64,000 nt of DNA from Chloroflexota bacterium (GCA_027623675.1 JAQBVF010000003.1:1-64000); one strand, 5' to 3'; positions 40,411 to 50,962 are shown, counted from the first letter of the stretch. Numbers and translations are program-made. Notes: generated by a model from the letters alone, not told the origin.

Positions 40411-41164
40411 ATGAAACTGCTCAAACAGATACTGAAGGGGCAACGAGGCTTCACATTGGTGGAGATGGTCGTGGTCGTCGCCATCATGGGCGTGATGGCC
40501 GCGGTTGCGGTGCCCGTGGTGACGAGTAACCTTAACAAGTCCAAGGAACGGGCCTACGCCCAGGACTTGGCCATGATCCAAACGGCGGTGGACAGCTTTT
40601 ACACCAGCGGCGACAACCCCCGGCACTTGGGCTTGCGCCAGTATCCGATCCTAGCCGCCGGGGCCGACGGCACCACCAAGATCTGGGACGGCGCTGCCAC
40701 CATCTTCGAACCTCTGGGCAACCCCCTGCTGGGGACCAAGGGCGGACAGCCCTACTGGACCGACGACGGCAACGGCACCCGGGACGCGGATGAAGAAGTG
40801 CTGTTCGGTGAGACCGTGTCTGAAGCGGGTACCGGCGAAGGCGGCTGGGCCGTGGCCAAGGTGGAGCTACAAGGCGTCTCCTACACTGTGGACACCCGCG
40901 GGTACTTCATCGACTTCAGCAAGCTGGTCTCAGCTGGTCTCAGCTGGTCTGCTGAGATCGGCCCCCGACTCGGCTTCAGTTGACAACGGCATAGCAGCCG
41001 ATAGCGCCGGTAACTACAGCTGGTTCATCGACGCCAACGGGTCCGTGAACTCGCTCCTGGCTCCATTCCCGTACAACGGACTGGACTTCGCCGGGTCCCC
41101 CATCGTGGTGGGTGGCGTAACCGCCAGCGACCTCCGGGGATTCCAGGCAGGTATCTACCCCTAG
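40411..41164 (+). pseudogene. type IV pilin / prepilin, frameshifted by an extra 10-bp repeat unit
   Basis: Class III signal GQRG|FTLVEMVVVVAIMGVMAAVAVP. Removing one AGCTGGTCTC unit joins ..FIDFSKLVSAG to LLRSAPDSASVDN..GIYP* (247 aa). Confidence 0.8.
40922..40951 (+). repeat. 10-bp tandem repeat x3
   Basis: AGCTGGTCTC-AGCTGGTCTC-AGCTGGTCTG. Confidence 0.9.
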
Positions 41165-41222
41165 GCCTAAATCAGCCTAACAACCTTTGGTGGGCCTCCT
41201 GCCACAAGGTGAACATGCCTCC

Positions 41223-41262
41223 AAGCAGAGCTCCCGGTGCGAACCGGGAGCTCTGCTTTTTT
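41223..41262 (+). terminator. intrinsic terminator after the pilin
   Basis: AAGCAGAGCTCCCGGT-GCGA-ACCGGGAGCTCTGCTT followed by a T run. Confidence 0.85.
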
Positions 41263-41615
41263 GCCACATCCGCCGCCTACCAGATCCCAGGCAACCCATC
41301 GCCACGCAGTCCAGATGCTCCTGCATATAACGCCGACCGACTTGGGCGGCCCGGCCCATCGCGGTCCTCACTCAACCGGCAGGCCAAGCGCGGCAGGCCA
41401 AGCGCAATCGACCTTTCCCCGACAAGACAAATTAAATCCGGGGTATTCGGTCTGGGGTAAAGGTTGTTGAGGTGGGCACATGCTTGGGCAGACACGTCGG
41501 AAAGTGTCGGACAACCCGGAATCGCAAGCGGGCGTCGTTGGGCGTAGAAAGGACCGGACCAGGGGAGTAAACCAGGCAACGGGTGTTCCAGTGGATGTGA
41601 ACGCGGCGGTGCCGC

Positions 41616-42950
41616 CTAGCGGAACATCTTCATCATGGACATTGGGTTGCGGGACTTGGACATCTGCTTCATCAGCTTCTGGGTCTGCTTGAACTGGTTC
41701 AGCAGTTGGTTCACGTCCTGTGGGGTGGTGCCGCTGCCCCGCGAGATGCGGCGCCGGCGGCTGCCGTTGATGATCTCCGGACGCTGACGCTCTTGGGGAG
41801 TCATGGAGCGGATTATCGCTTCGATGCGTTCGATGCGGCCGTCGTCCAGGTCGCCCATATTCATCTTCTTGCTCATCTGGCCCATCCCCGGAATCATGTC
41901 CATCACCGAGGACAGCGAGCCCATCTTCTTCACGCTCTGGATCTGACCCAAGAAGTCTTCCAGGTCGAAATTGGCCTGGCGGAACTTCTTCTCCAGGGCG
42001 GCGGCCTGTTTGTCGTCCACCGCCTCCTGAGCCTTTTCGATCAGCGTCAGAACGTCGCCCATGTCCAGGATGCGCGAGGCCAGGCGGTCCGGGTGGAACA
42101 CCTCCAAGCCATCTGGACGCTCGCCCACGCCCATGAACTTGATGGGCACTCCGGTAACGCGGGTGATGGACAGAGCAGCGCCGCCGCGGGCATCGCCGTC
42201 CATCTTAGACATGATGAGCCCGGTGAGTTGGACGCGCTCGTGGAACCCCTCGGCGGCGTTAACCGCTTCCTGACCGGTCATGGCGTCCACGACCAGCAGC
42301 ACCTCGTGGGGGTTGGTCGCTTTCTTGACCTCCGCCAGTTCTTGCATCAGCTCTTCGTCGATCTGGATGCGCCCGCCGGTGTCGATGATCGCCCAGTTGA
42401 CGCCCAGTTGCTTGGCCTTCTCCAATCCGTTCCTGGCCACCTTGACCACGGTCGAGGATTTTGGGTCCTCTGAATAGACGGGAATGTCCAACTGCTTGCC
42501 CAGGGTTTCCAACTGCTGTATGGCGGCCGGGCGGCGCAGGTCGGCGGCGATGAGCAGCGATTTGTGGTTCTGACGGCGCAGGTTCAGTGCCAGCTTGGCG
42601 GCGGTGGTGGTTTTGCCCGAGCCCTGCAGGCCCACCAGCATGATGGTGGTCACCGGCTGGCTGGAGAGAGTTAACGAATGGTCGCCGCCGCTGAGCAGCG
42701 AGGTCAACTCCTCGTTCACGATCTTGACGACCTGTTGGCCGGGGGAAAGGCTTTCCAGAACGTCCGAGCCAGTGGCCCGTTCTTTGACCGCAGCGACGAA
42801 ATCCCTGGCGACCCGGAAGTTCACGTCGGCTTCAAGCAGAGACCGGCGGACCAGGCTCAGGGCTTCGTCCACGTCGGCATCGGTCAGCCGGCCCTTGCTG
42901 GACAGTTTGTTCAGGATCCCGGTCAACCGTTCGGTCAGGTTCTCAAACAT
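41616..42950 (-). CDS. ffh: signal recognition particle protein
   Basis: LLEADVN, GLQGSGKTT, DLRRPAA, DTGGR, DAMTGQ, KMDGDARGG, M domain (SMTPQER..SRRRRI.RGSG). Confidence 0.97.
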   Translation of the reverse strand: MFENLTERLTGILNKLSSKGRLTDADVDEALSLVRRSLLEADVNFRVARDFVAAVKERATGSDVLESLSPGQQVVKIVNEELTSLLSGGDHSLTLSSQPVTTIMLVGLQGSGKTTTAAKLALNLRRQNHKSLLIAADLRRPAAIQQLETLGKQLDIPVYSEDPKSSTVVKVARNGLEKAKQLGVNWAIIDTGGRIQIDEELMQELAEVKKATNPHEVLLVVDAMTGQEAVNAAEGFHERVQLTGLIMSKMDGDARGGAALSITRVTGVPIKFMGVGERPDGLEVFHPDRLASRILDMGDVLTLIEKAQEAVDDKQAAALEKKFRQANFDLEDFLGQIQSVKKMGSLSSVMDMIPGMGQMSKKMNMGDLDDGRIERIEAIIRSMTPQERQRPEIINGSRRRRISRGSGTTPQDVNQLLNQFKQTQKLMKQMSKSRNPMSMMKMFR

Positions 42951-43129
42951 ATCTCGCTCTTTTCGTGCTTGCGGGCCGCCCCGCTCTTGCGCCGTGTGGC
43001 TTCCATCAAGTGTATGGGCGCGCCTGCGGGACGGTCAAGGATGCCTGCTAAGCTGCTACATCGGTTCATGTTAAGATTCTAATGCTTATTATCGGGTATA
43101 TCGGGTAGGCCTTCCACCCCGGAGTGGTA

Positions 43130-43369
43130 ATGAAGACATACATTTTTCGCGTTGAATTGGAGCCTGATGCAGAAGGGTGGAGGGCGTTCTATCCTCCTCT
43201 AGAAGAATCTGGCGCGTCTACCTGGGGGGAAACCAAAGAATCGGCTCTGGAGCACATCCAAGAAGTTCTGGAGATGATTATCGAAGAGCGGATCGAAGCT
43301 AAACTTTCGATCCAAGAGGAAGATGATTCCTCGATGGCTGACGGACCGCTGGTGTCGGTCACCGTATGA
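43130..43369 (+). CDS. hicB: HicB family antitoxin (short, no DNA-binding domain)
   Basis: GWRAFYPPL..GASTWGETKESALEHIQEVLEM. Confidence 0.82.
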   Translation: MKTYIFRVELEPDAEGWRAFYPPLEESGASTWGETKESALEHIQEVLEMIIEERIEAKLSIQEEDDSSMADGPLVSVTV

Positions 43370-43617
43370 GCAACATCGATTACTCCCGGTTACGTTCCCT
43401 CACTGCCAGACGTTTGGTACAAGCCCTTCTAGATGAAGGGTTTTTTCTTGTCCGGCAAAGGGGAAGTCATCGCCGTTATGCCAATTCTGATGGGCGCCGG
43501 GTGACTGTGCCATTCACCAGGTCCGGCGATACGTTTGCCCCTGGAACCCTGAGAAGCATGATTGAGACGCAAGCCCATTGGTCCGCGCAAGACCTTGAAA
43601 GATTGCGCCTGCTGTAG
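43366..43617 (+). CDS. hicA: HicA family toxin
   Basis: LVQALLDEGFFLVRQRGSHRRY..VTVP..GTLRSM; ATGA overlap with hicB. Confidence 0.85.
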   Translation: MSNIDYSRLRSLTARRLVQALLDEGFFLVRQRGSHRRYANSDGRRVTVPFTRSGDTFAPGTLRSMIETQAHWSAQDLERLRLL

Positions 43618-43638
43618 CCAAGATTGCCAGCCAACCCC

Positions 43639-44745
43639 CTACTCCCAGCGGAACAGCCGGAGGGCCACTAGGAAAGTCACCACGACCCAGGCGGTCAGAC
43701 CCAGAACGTCGGGCCACTGGGACCAGAGGGATTCTCCGTCGATCGCCACGCTGCGGATGGCGTCGACCAGGTAGCTTAGGGGCAGGTGGTCGGCGACCAG
43801 TTGTATCGATTTAGGCATGGCGTCCCTCGGGAAGAACACCCCGGAGAGGAACATCATCGGCAGTGCGATGATGTTGGCGATGGGGGCGGCCACGTCCTCG
43901 CTGCCGGCCCAGCCCGAAACCGCGAACCCCATGCTGACGAACACCCCGCCCCCCAACACGGCCAGCACTAGGACTGCCGACAGGTTGCCGACCAATTGCA
44001 CATCGAAGGCGATCACCGCCAGGCCGATCAGCACCAGGGTCTGGATGACGGACACGGTGAGCCGGGTGATCACCTGGGCGAACAGGAAGCTGGCTGGGTT
44101 CACCGGCGTGGCGAGCAGCCGTCTCAGGATCCCGCGGCTCTTCAGCTGGACGAAGGAGAAGGCCACACTGAACAGACCCATCTGCATGATGGACATGGCC
44201 ACCACGCCGGGCATGAGAAAGTCGATGAACCGAAGATTGCGGCTGTCCACCGGCTGGGCGTCGACCCGGTAGCGGACTTCCACCCCGGCATCGGCGAAGG
44301 TCATCTCGTCCAATATCTGCTGGATGATGGTCCGTCCCGACTGGGACTCTTGCTGGCGGCCCTGGTTGTAGATGACCGTCACTTCACGGTCGGCCTGGGA
44401 ACGCGAGTCGTCGAATCCTGGCTCGATGATCAGCACCAGGTTGCGGTCGCCTTCCAGAAGCGCCTGCCGTTCATCGGCCTCGGTCCCTGTGTCGGATATG
44501 TCGAAGGCGCCCAAGCCCTGGATATCGCCGACCAGCTTGCGGGACGCTTCGTTGTTGGCCTTGTCGACCACGCCCAGGTCGACGGAGCTGAACGCGCCCA
44601 CGTCCAGCAATCCAAAGATGGAGATGAGCACCAGGGGCAGAAAGAATGTCCAGAAGATCGCCTGCCGGTCCCGGAACCACATCCTCATGGAGGCGCGGGT
44701 CATGCTTAGGGTTGGGTTGGTCTGAATCAGGCGGTTCAGCATCAT
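43639..44745 (-). CDS. ABC-2 type transporter permease
   Basis: RDRQAIFWTFFLP, IDFLMPG, GILRRLLATP, FLSGVFFP, LPLSY. Confidence 0.9.
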   Translation of the reverse strand: MMLNRLIQTNPTLSMTRASMRMWFRDRQAIFWTFFLPLVLISIFGLLDVGAFSSVDLGVVDKANNEASRKLVGDIQGLGAFDISDTGTEADERQALLEGDRNLVLIIEPGFDDSRSQADREVTVIYNQGRQQESQSGRTIIQQILDEMTFADAGVEVRYRVDAQPVDSRNLRFIDFLMPGVVAMSIMQMGLFSVAFSFVQLKSRGILRRLLATPVNPASFLFAQVITRLTVSVIQTLVLIGLAVIAFDVQLVGNLSAVLVLAVLGGGVFVSMGFAVSGWAGSEDVAAPIANIIALPMMFLSGVFFPRDAMPKSIQLVADHLPLSYLVDAIRSVAIDGESLWSQWPDVLGLTAWVVVTFLVALRLFRWE

Positions 44746-45551
44746 TGGCCGTCCGTTTCTGGGCCGGCGTCTCGCAGCGCCCTTCCGGTCAGGTCCAAGA
44801 ACACGTCTTCCAGGGTCGCCAGCCTTTCTGACCGCGGCCGCTCAAACCCTTTCGCGAGCAGGGCATCAACCAGTGTGTCCGGCCGGTCCAGAGCGGCGAT
44901 CTTGCCGTGGTCCATGATTGCCACTCGGTCGCATAGCTCTTCGGCCTCCTCCATGTAGTGGGTGGTCAGGAGCACGGTGCGGCCCTCGTCCTTGAAGCGT
45001 TTCACCAGGTCCCACATATGGTGGCGCGCCTGGGGGTCCAGGCCGGTTGTTGGTTCGTCAAGGAACAGCACCAATGGATCGTTCACCAGGGTGGTCGCGA
45101 CGGAGAAACGCTGCTTCTGGCCGCCGGACAATTCTTTGAACAGGGCTTTGGCCCGATCGGCAAGCTGCACCTGGCGCAGGAACTCCATGGCGTCGATCTG
45201 GCGCCGGTAGATGCTGGCGAACACGTCCAGTATCTCCACCAGGTTCAGACGGTCGAAGAAAGATGATGATTGCAACTGGATACCGATGATCTCCTTCACC
45301 GCCTGGGGGTGCTTCTGAACATCGACCCCGTTGATCAGGGCCGAGCCCGAATCGGATGACCGCATCCCCTCCAGTATCTCCACGGTGGTCGTTTTCCCGG
45401 CCCCGTTGGGACCCAGGATGCCGAACACCTCGCCGGTTGCCACGGAGAATGAGACGCCGTCCACGGCTACGATGTCGCCGTAGCTCTTGCGCAGGTTGTT
45501 AACCTGGATGATGTCGCCGTGGTGATTTTCGCTGGTGGTCGTTTCAGTCAA
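44742..45551 (-). CDS. ABC transporter ATP-binding protein (DrrA-like)
   Basis: GPNGAGKTT, LSGGQKQR, LDEPTTGLDP, TTHYMEEAE. Confidence 0.92.
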   Translation of the reverse strand: MTETTTSENHHGDIIQVNNLRKSYGDIVAVDGVSFSVATGEVFGILGPNGAGKTTTVEILEGMRSSDSGSALINGVDVQKHPQAVKEIIGIQLQSSSFFDRLNLVEILDVFASIYRRQIDAMEFLRQVQLADRAKALFKELSGGQKQRFSVATTLVNDPLVLFLDEPTTGLDPQARHHMWDLVKRFKDEGRTVLLTTHYMEEAEELCDRVAIMDHGKIAALDRPDTLVDALLAKGFERPRSERLATLEDVFLDLTGRALRDAGPETDGQ

Positions 45552-45745
45552 ATTTGTCCGGCCGATCTAGGCCCCTCTTACTTTGGTGATTCGGCGGCTG
45601 TGCTAGAATTATTTACGCTCCGGACCCGGTAAACCTGGGCTGGAAGCAGCCTCAAAGTGCGGTGGAGGTGACAGGTGGCCTGCGGCTTATTAGGTGTTCA
45701 CCACCGGTCAGGTTATCATCACCGGACCGGCTCGAGGCCCTCACC

Positions 45746-48343
45746 ATGATACCCCTCAGGCTCACTCTCAGTAACTTCCTGTGCTACCGGGAAGGCGTCC
45801 CCACCCTCGATTTCGCCGGGATCCACGTGGCCTGCCTCAGCGGCGCCAACGGGCACGGTAAATCGGCCCTTCTGGACAGTATCACCTGGGCGCTGTGGGG
45901 CAAAGCCCGTGGCAAGGTCCAAGACGAGATGATCGCCTACGGCGCGGACGAGTGCCGGGTTGAATTGGATTTTTCCTCCCGAGACCAAGAATACCGCGTG
46001 ATCCGGTCGCACGCCCGGGCCGGAAAACGGCGGCGGGGCGGCGCGTCCGATCTACAACTCATGATCCTGGAGCCGGGAGCTGATGGACAGGCGCTCCGGC
46101 CCATCACCGGCGACCTGATCCGCGAGACACAGGCCCGCATCGACCAAACTATTGGCATGGACTATGACACGTTCATAAACTCGGCCTTTCTGGTGCAGGG
46201 CCGGGCCGACGAATTCACCAACAAAACCCCGGCGGAACGCAAGGCCGTACTCAGCAAGATACTTGGCCTGGAGACCTACGACAGGCTACAGGTGCGCGCC
46301 AGGGAGGGCGGCAGTTGGGCCGAGAATACCGCCAAGATCGCCGAGGGCAACGTGGAGCGGATGCGGCGGGAGTTGGAACTGCTGCTGGCGCCGTTGGAGG
46401 AGCTTGAGGCTCTCGAAAAGAGCCTGGCGTCCATGAACCAGGAGTTGGCGGAACAGCAGGTGAAAACCGCCGCCCTGCGAGACCAGGTTGGGGAGCTGCG
46501 CCGGCAGCAAGCCGCCCAGGAAGAGAGCGCGGCGCGGCTGCAGGCCCTGGCCGCCGAGTTGGCCCAGTTTGAGGCAGCCCACGCCGCTTCCCAACAGCAG
46601 GTGACGGCATTCGAGAAGCTGGCCGAACAAGCCCCGGTGATCCGAGAGGGCGCCGCCCGATTGGAAACCGCCCGCGCCGCTTTCGCCCGGCTCGAAGCCG
46701 CCGGCCGCAATTTCGACGAGCTGGAACGCCTGCGGACGGCCACCGCCAGGGATATCGAAGTCAAGCGGACCCGCCTTGAATCCCAGGCGCAGCAACTTGC
46801 CACCGAGATCGAGCAGCGCATCGGCCCCAAAGCCCAGGCCCTAGACCAGCTTGAAGCCGCACTGAGGCAGTTGCAGGACGAGGGTCCGGCGCTGGAAGAA
46901 CAGGAGCTGAGCCTGGCGGCGGAGCGGGCTCGGCTCAACGGCATCGCGGTCCTGGTGGGGCAACTGCAAGGCTCATTGGCGCGGTTCGCCAACGAGGGCA
47001 AGGAATTGGCCAACAAGAGGGCTCTGTTGGACGGCGCCAACGGCCAGGAGGCGGTGTGCCCTCTGTGCCAGACCCCCCTCAGTGAAGACGGCTGCCAGCG
47101 GTTGGCCGAGACGTTTGATGCGGACATCGAAGCTAAACGCGAGGAGTACCGCACCACCTCAGCCCAGGTCAACGCCCTGAAAGCGGAGACTGCCGAGTCG
47201 GAGGTCCGCCTGCCTCAGCGAGAAAGCGTGTTGAAACAGGCCCAGACCAACCGCCAGGTGGGTCTCCACCGCCTAAACCAGCAGATCGAGGAAGCGCAGC
47301 AGGCGCGGCTGGAACTGGCCGATGCAACTCCCAGATTGGATGCCATGCGCGCATCGCTGGCGGACGGTTCCTTCGCCGCCGAAGAATCGGTCCAACTTCA
47401 AAAGCTGGAAGCCCAGATCCAGGAACTGGATTACGACCCGGCGGTGCGCCAGCGCGTCTACCGAGAGACCGTCGAATTGGAAGAGTTCGGCCAGCGGGAG
47501 AGCCGGTTGAAACAGGCCGAGGCAGACCTGCCGGGCGCGAGGGAGACGGTCCAACGATACGCCGTGATGGCCCAGCGCCGCCGGGAGGAACTGGAGCAGC
47601 TTCAGGCGCGCCTGGCCGAGTCCAAGCGAGCCTTGGAAGGACTGGCCGTTCTTGAGCGCGGCTTCACCGAGGCCGAACAACGGGAGCGGGAACTGGGAGT
47701 GGGCATCAAGCGTTCCACCGAGCGTCAGGGCGCATTGCGCAATCAGGTGGAGCGCCGGGAATCGCTGGGTCAGGAGATCAGGACCGAATCGGCCCGGCTC
47801 GCGGCGCTGCGGGACGAGCAGTCCATCTACCAGGAGCTGAACACCGCGTTCGGCCGGCAGGGAGTCCAGGCCATGCTGATTGAGACCGTGGTGCCCCGGC
47901 TGGAGGATGAGACCAATGTGCTGCTGGGGCGCATGACCGACAACCGCATGAATGTGAAGCTGGAGACGCAGCGGGAACGCGCGTCGGGGCACGGCGAACC
48001 CAGGGAGACTCTAGAGATCTTGGTTAGCGACGAACTGGGCCCGCGCAGCTATGAGATGTACAGCGGAGGCGAGGCCTTCCGGGTGAACCTGGCCCTGCGC
48101 ATCGCCCTTTCCAGGGTGCTGGCCCAGCGGATGGGCGCACCCCTGCCGACCCTGTTCATCGACGAGGGCTTTGGCACCCAGGACGCCGTGGGCCGAGAGC
48201 GCATACTGGACGTCATCAGCGCCATCGGCGACGACTTCGAGAAGGTGATCGTAATAACCCACCTGGAGGACCTGAAAGAAGCGTTCCCGGTGAGCATCGA
48301 GGTCCGGAAAGATGAGAATGGCTCCACGATTTCGCTCAGTTAG
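45746..48343 (+). CDS. sbcC: SMC/Rad50-like ATPase (SbcC)
   Basis: MIPLRLTLSNF, GANGHGKS, coiled coils with CPLC zinc hook, YSGGE, FIDEGFG, ITH. Confidence 0.88.
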   Translation: MIPLRLTLSNFLCYREGVPTLDFAGIHVACLSGANGHGKSALLDSITWALWGKARGKVQDEMIAYGADECRVELDFSSRDQEYRVIRSHARAGKRRRGGASDLQLMILEPGADGQALRPITGDLIRETQARIDQTIGMDYDTFINSAFLVQGRADEFTNKTPAERKAVLSKILGLETYDRLQVRAREGGSWAENTAKIAEGNVERMRRELELLLAPLEELEALEKSLASMNQELAEQQVKTAALRDQVGELRRQQAAQEESAARLQALAAELAQFEAAHAASQQQVTAFEKLAEQAPVIREGAARLETARAAFARLEAAGRNFDELERLRTATARDIEVKRTRLESQAQQLATEIEQRIGPKAQALDQLEAALRQLQDEGPALEEQELSLAAERARLNGIAVLVGQLQGSLARFANEGKELANKRALLDGANGQEAVCPLCQTPLSEDGCQRLAETFDADIEAKREEYRTTSAQVNALKAETAESEVRLPQRESVLKQAQTNRQVGLHRLNQQIEEAQQARLELADATPRLDAMRASLADGSFAAEESVQLQKLEAQIQELDYDPAVRQRVYRETVELEEFGQRESRLKQAEADLPGARETVQRYAVMAQRRREELEQLQARLAESKRALEGLAVLERGFTEAEQRERELGVGIKRSTERQGALRNQVERRESLGQEIRTESARLAALRDEQSIYQELNTAFGRQGVQAMLIETVVPRLEDETNVLLGRMTDNRMNVKLETQRERASGHGEPRETLEILVSDELGPRSYEMYSGGEAFRVNLALRIALSRVLAQRMGAPLPTLFIDEGFGTQDAVGRERILDVISAIGDDFEKVIVITHLEDLKEAFPVSIEVRKDENGSTISLS

Positions 48344-48382
48344 GCCGAAACGGTGGGGTTGGGGCAGAACACGGAGGGATGA

Positions 48383-48874
48383 TTGACTTCCAATCCAGGA
48401 AACGAGGTACAAGTCAGGCAGGCCACGATCGTCCATCTGGACGCCATAGTGGACTTCAACGCCGCCATGGCCAGGGAGACCGAGGGCAAAATTCTGGACA
48501 TTGACCTGCTTCGGCCCGGCGTCGAGGCGGTGCTAACCCGGAACGATCGGGGTTTCTACCTGATCGCCGAGCACTCTGGCCGTCCGGCGGGTTCCCTGCT
48601 GATCACCTACGAGTGGAGCGACTGGCGGAACGCCTTTTTCTGGTGGATACAGAGCGTCTACGTTAGCCCTGAATTTCGGCGCAACGGGGTCTATAAAGCA
48701 ATGCACCTCTACGCCGCGCTGGAAGGCCGCCGCCACGATATCTGCGGTCTGCGGCTTTACGTGGACAAGGACAATGAGATCGCCCAGAGGGTCTACTCCA
48801 GCCTGAATATGCGCCCGACCAACTACGACATGTACGAGATCGAATTCAACACGCGCCGCGACTTAAAGGAGTGA
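48383..48874 (+). CDS. GNAT family N-acetyltransferase
   Basis: ITYEWSDWRN..WWIQSVYV.PEFRRNGVY, RLYVDKDN..AQ.VY. Confidence 0.88.
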   Translation: MTSNPGNEVQVRQATIVHLDAIVDFNAAMARETEGKILDIDLLRPGVEAVLTRNDRGFYLIAEHSGRPAGSLLITYEWSDWRNAFFWWIQSVYVSPEFRRNGVYKAMHLYAALEGRRHDICGLRLYVDKDNEIAQRVYSSLNMRPTNYDMYEIEFNTRRDLKE

Positions 48875-48877
48875 GAG

Positions 48878-49297
48878 ATGCTGCCGGATAACGTCAAGAA
48901 GTTCGCCACCGCCAACCATCAGGGAGTTTTGACCTGTTTCCGGAGGTACGGCATGCCCCAGGTCAGCATCGTCACCTGCGGGGCCTACGGCGACGGCGTG
49001 GCCTTCTCCACCACCGCCGACCGCGCCAAGCTGGGCAACCTGAAACGCGACCCGCGCTGCGCGCTGCTGGTGTCCAAGCGGGACTGGTGGGGTTACGTGG
49101 TGCTGGAGGGACGGGCCAGGATCCTATCCCCTGGGAACACTCCCGCCGATGAACTGCGCCTGGCCCTGCGCGACGTGTACCGCGCCGCCACCAACCAGGA
49201 ACACCCCAACTGGGAGGAATATGACCAAGCGATGGTTGACGACCGCCGCGCGGCGGTCATCGTGGTCCCCGATCACATCTACGGGACCGCAGTGTAG
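48878..49297 (+). CDS. PPOX class F420-dependent oxidoreductase
   Basis: GVLT..RR.G.PQVS, RAKLGNLKRDPR, YVVLEGRA, HPNWEEY..AM..DRR. Confidence 0.85.
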   Translation: MLPDNVKKFATANHQGVLTCFRRYGMPQVSIVTCGAYGDGVAFSTTADRAKLGNLKRDPRCALLVSKRDWWGYVVLEGRARILSPGNTPADELRLALRDVYRAATNQEHPNWEEYDQAMVDDRRAAVIVVPDHIYGTAV

Positions 49298-49864
49298 GTG
49301 AACACCGGCGGGTCTCCAACGTGGCTCTCCCATTGCATCGTTTTTATCGTCTCCGCGGCCCTGGCTGTTGCCACTTTTGCGGTGGTCCACGAATCGGGGC
49401 ATTTCCTCGTGTATTGGTCTGCGGGCGTAGACCCGTCGTTCCAATGGCTTAATGTCCTGGCCAAGAAAACGCCGTCCGACGGCGTTCAGCTCACCGCATT
49501 ATCCATGGGCCTGCTTTTCCAGTTGATTCCCGGCGCCGCCGCGCTTCTATACCTGGTCAAGAAGAACGCCGGCAGCACGATAGCTTTGGGAGTGCTTTTC
49601 GCTTCTTGGCTGTTCCGTTCCTTACCGGCTTCGATAACTTTGGCGTTCACCGATACCGGCGATGAACGGGCCATCCAGGCGATATTGGCCGAAGAATATA
49701 CGGTGGGAATAGCTTGGACGGTTGCGGTCTTGTTGGCCCTGGTTCCCGTCGTGATGTTTGTTGCTGTTCAGTTGAAACGGGGCAAACTGGCCGTCGGCTC
49801 GGAATGGTGGAATCCAGGCGTGTTGGGGGCGTTCATCGGAATCGGTGTCGCGATTAGCATCTAA
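49298..49864 (+). CDS. membrane protein with HExxH motif (M50-like peptidase?)
   Basis: Multiple TM segments, VVHESGH, later GDE. Confidence 0.55.
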   Translation: MNTGGSPTWLSHCIVFIVSAALAVATFAVVHESGHFLVYWSAGVDPSFQWLNVLAKKTPSDGVQLTALSMGLLFQLIPGAAALLYLVKKNAGSTIALGVLFASWLFRSLPASITLAFTDTGDERAIQAILAEEYTVGIAWTVAVLLALVPVVMFVAVQLKRGKLAVGSEWWNPGVLGAFIGIGVAISI

Positions 49865-50147
49865 GATTACCTGAGGCACTTTACTCTCTAATTCGGTCGT
49901 TACTACTGGATATCTCCGATGCTCTGGTTCGTTCGTGGTGAGGTCCGACCGGATTCGAGAGACTTACCGGTGCACGGGGAGACTTGTACGACCTCTGGTC
50001 ACGGCTCAGGTCCGCATCGTTTTGGGTCTGACGGAAGAAGAGACAGGTCCGGGCGGTCTATAATGGCCATAGAAACCAACCAGAATCGACTGGACCGCAC
50101 CACAGTAAGAAATGCCGAGAACAGGGAAGGTAAGAGGGAAGGTAAGC

Positions 50148-50417
50148 ATGAGTGTCTTTTGGAGAGAGGTTAAAAGGGGCCAGAACCTGGTCGTTGACGA
50201 TGTCGACGGGCGCGAAGAGATCATCGGCGGGTACCGCGAGAATAAGAGCGGCGTCGACGCCTACGCCCGGACCATGGGCTATGAACCAGAGCGCTCGCAG
50301 AAGGGTTTCTCCAGCGTTGAAGTCGCAAAATCGTTCGTGGAATCCTTCAGCCCGTGGGACCTCTTTGGCGTTCGAGACGTTACGGTGGAATCCGAAGCAA
50401 GACCAAAACTAGACTGA
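50148..50417 (+). CDS. hypothetical protein
   Basis: RBS GAAGG and ATG at 50148; 89 aa; typical codon usage. Confidence 0.65.
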   Translation: MSVFWREVKRGQNLVVDDVDGREEIIGGYRENKSGVDAYARTMGYEPERSQKGFSSVEVAKSFVESFSPWDLFGVRDVTVESEARPKLD

Positions 50418-50446
50418 ACTCGCCATAGACAGCTTAAGGAGCGTAT

Positions 50447-50962
50447 ATGTCACGCCTCCCACCCGATTTTGAACCCAGGGTCCCTTCCGAGATGCAAGGC
50501 ATCTACGAGCGGGCAACCGGGGCAGGTTCAGGTTTGCCGGACACCTACAAGGCCCTATTCGCCAAGCCTCCGGTGGCGACCGGACTGGCCGGTCTGGGTG
50601 ATCTGGTCGGCCAACTCGATCTTGAGCCTTGGGTGACCTTAACCGTGGCCCTGACCGTCGCCCACGAGCGGAATAACGAAGCCCTGTGGAACTCATTTGA
50701 GCCGATGGCCCGTGAGGCCGGGGTTAGCGACGCGGTGATCAAGGGCATCGCTGCCGGTACCGGGCCGCGCGGGTTGCTGCCCAAGGAGGGCATCTGGGTG
50801 CACTTCGCCACGGAGGTGCTGCGGGACCAGATGCGGGACTCGACCTGGCAGGCCACCACCCACCTGGTGGGCGACGACGGCGCCGTCTCTCTGGCGTTCA
50901 CCGCCTGCTACTTCGATACGATGGCGCGCCTGAATAAGACGCTGGGTCTGGGGACCGCTTAG
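50447..50962 (+). CDS. carboxymuconolactone decarboxylase/AhpD-like protein
   Basis: AAGGAG RBS; LTVAHE....LW..F...AREAGVSDAVI.GI pattern; helical. Confidence 0.65.
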   Translation: MSRLPPDFEPRVPSEMQGIYERATGAGSGLPDTYKALFAKPPVATGLAGLGDLVGQLDLEPWVTLTVALTVAHERNNEALWNSFEPMAREAGVSDAVIKGIAAGTGPRGLLPKEGIWVHFATEVLRDQMRDSTWQATTHLVGDDGAVSLAFTACYFDTMARLNKTLGLGTA

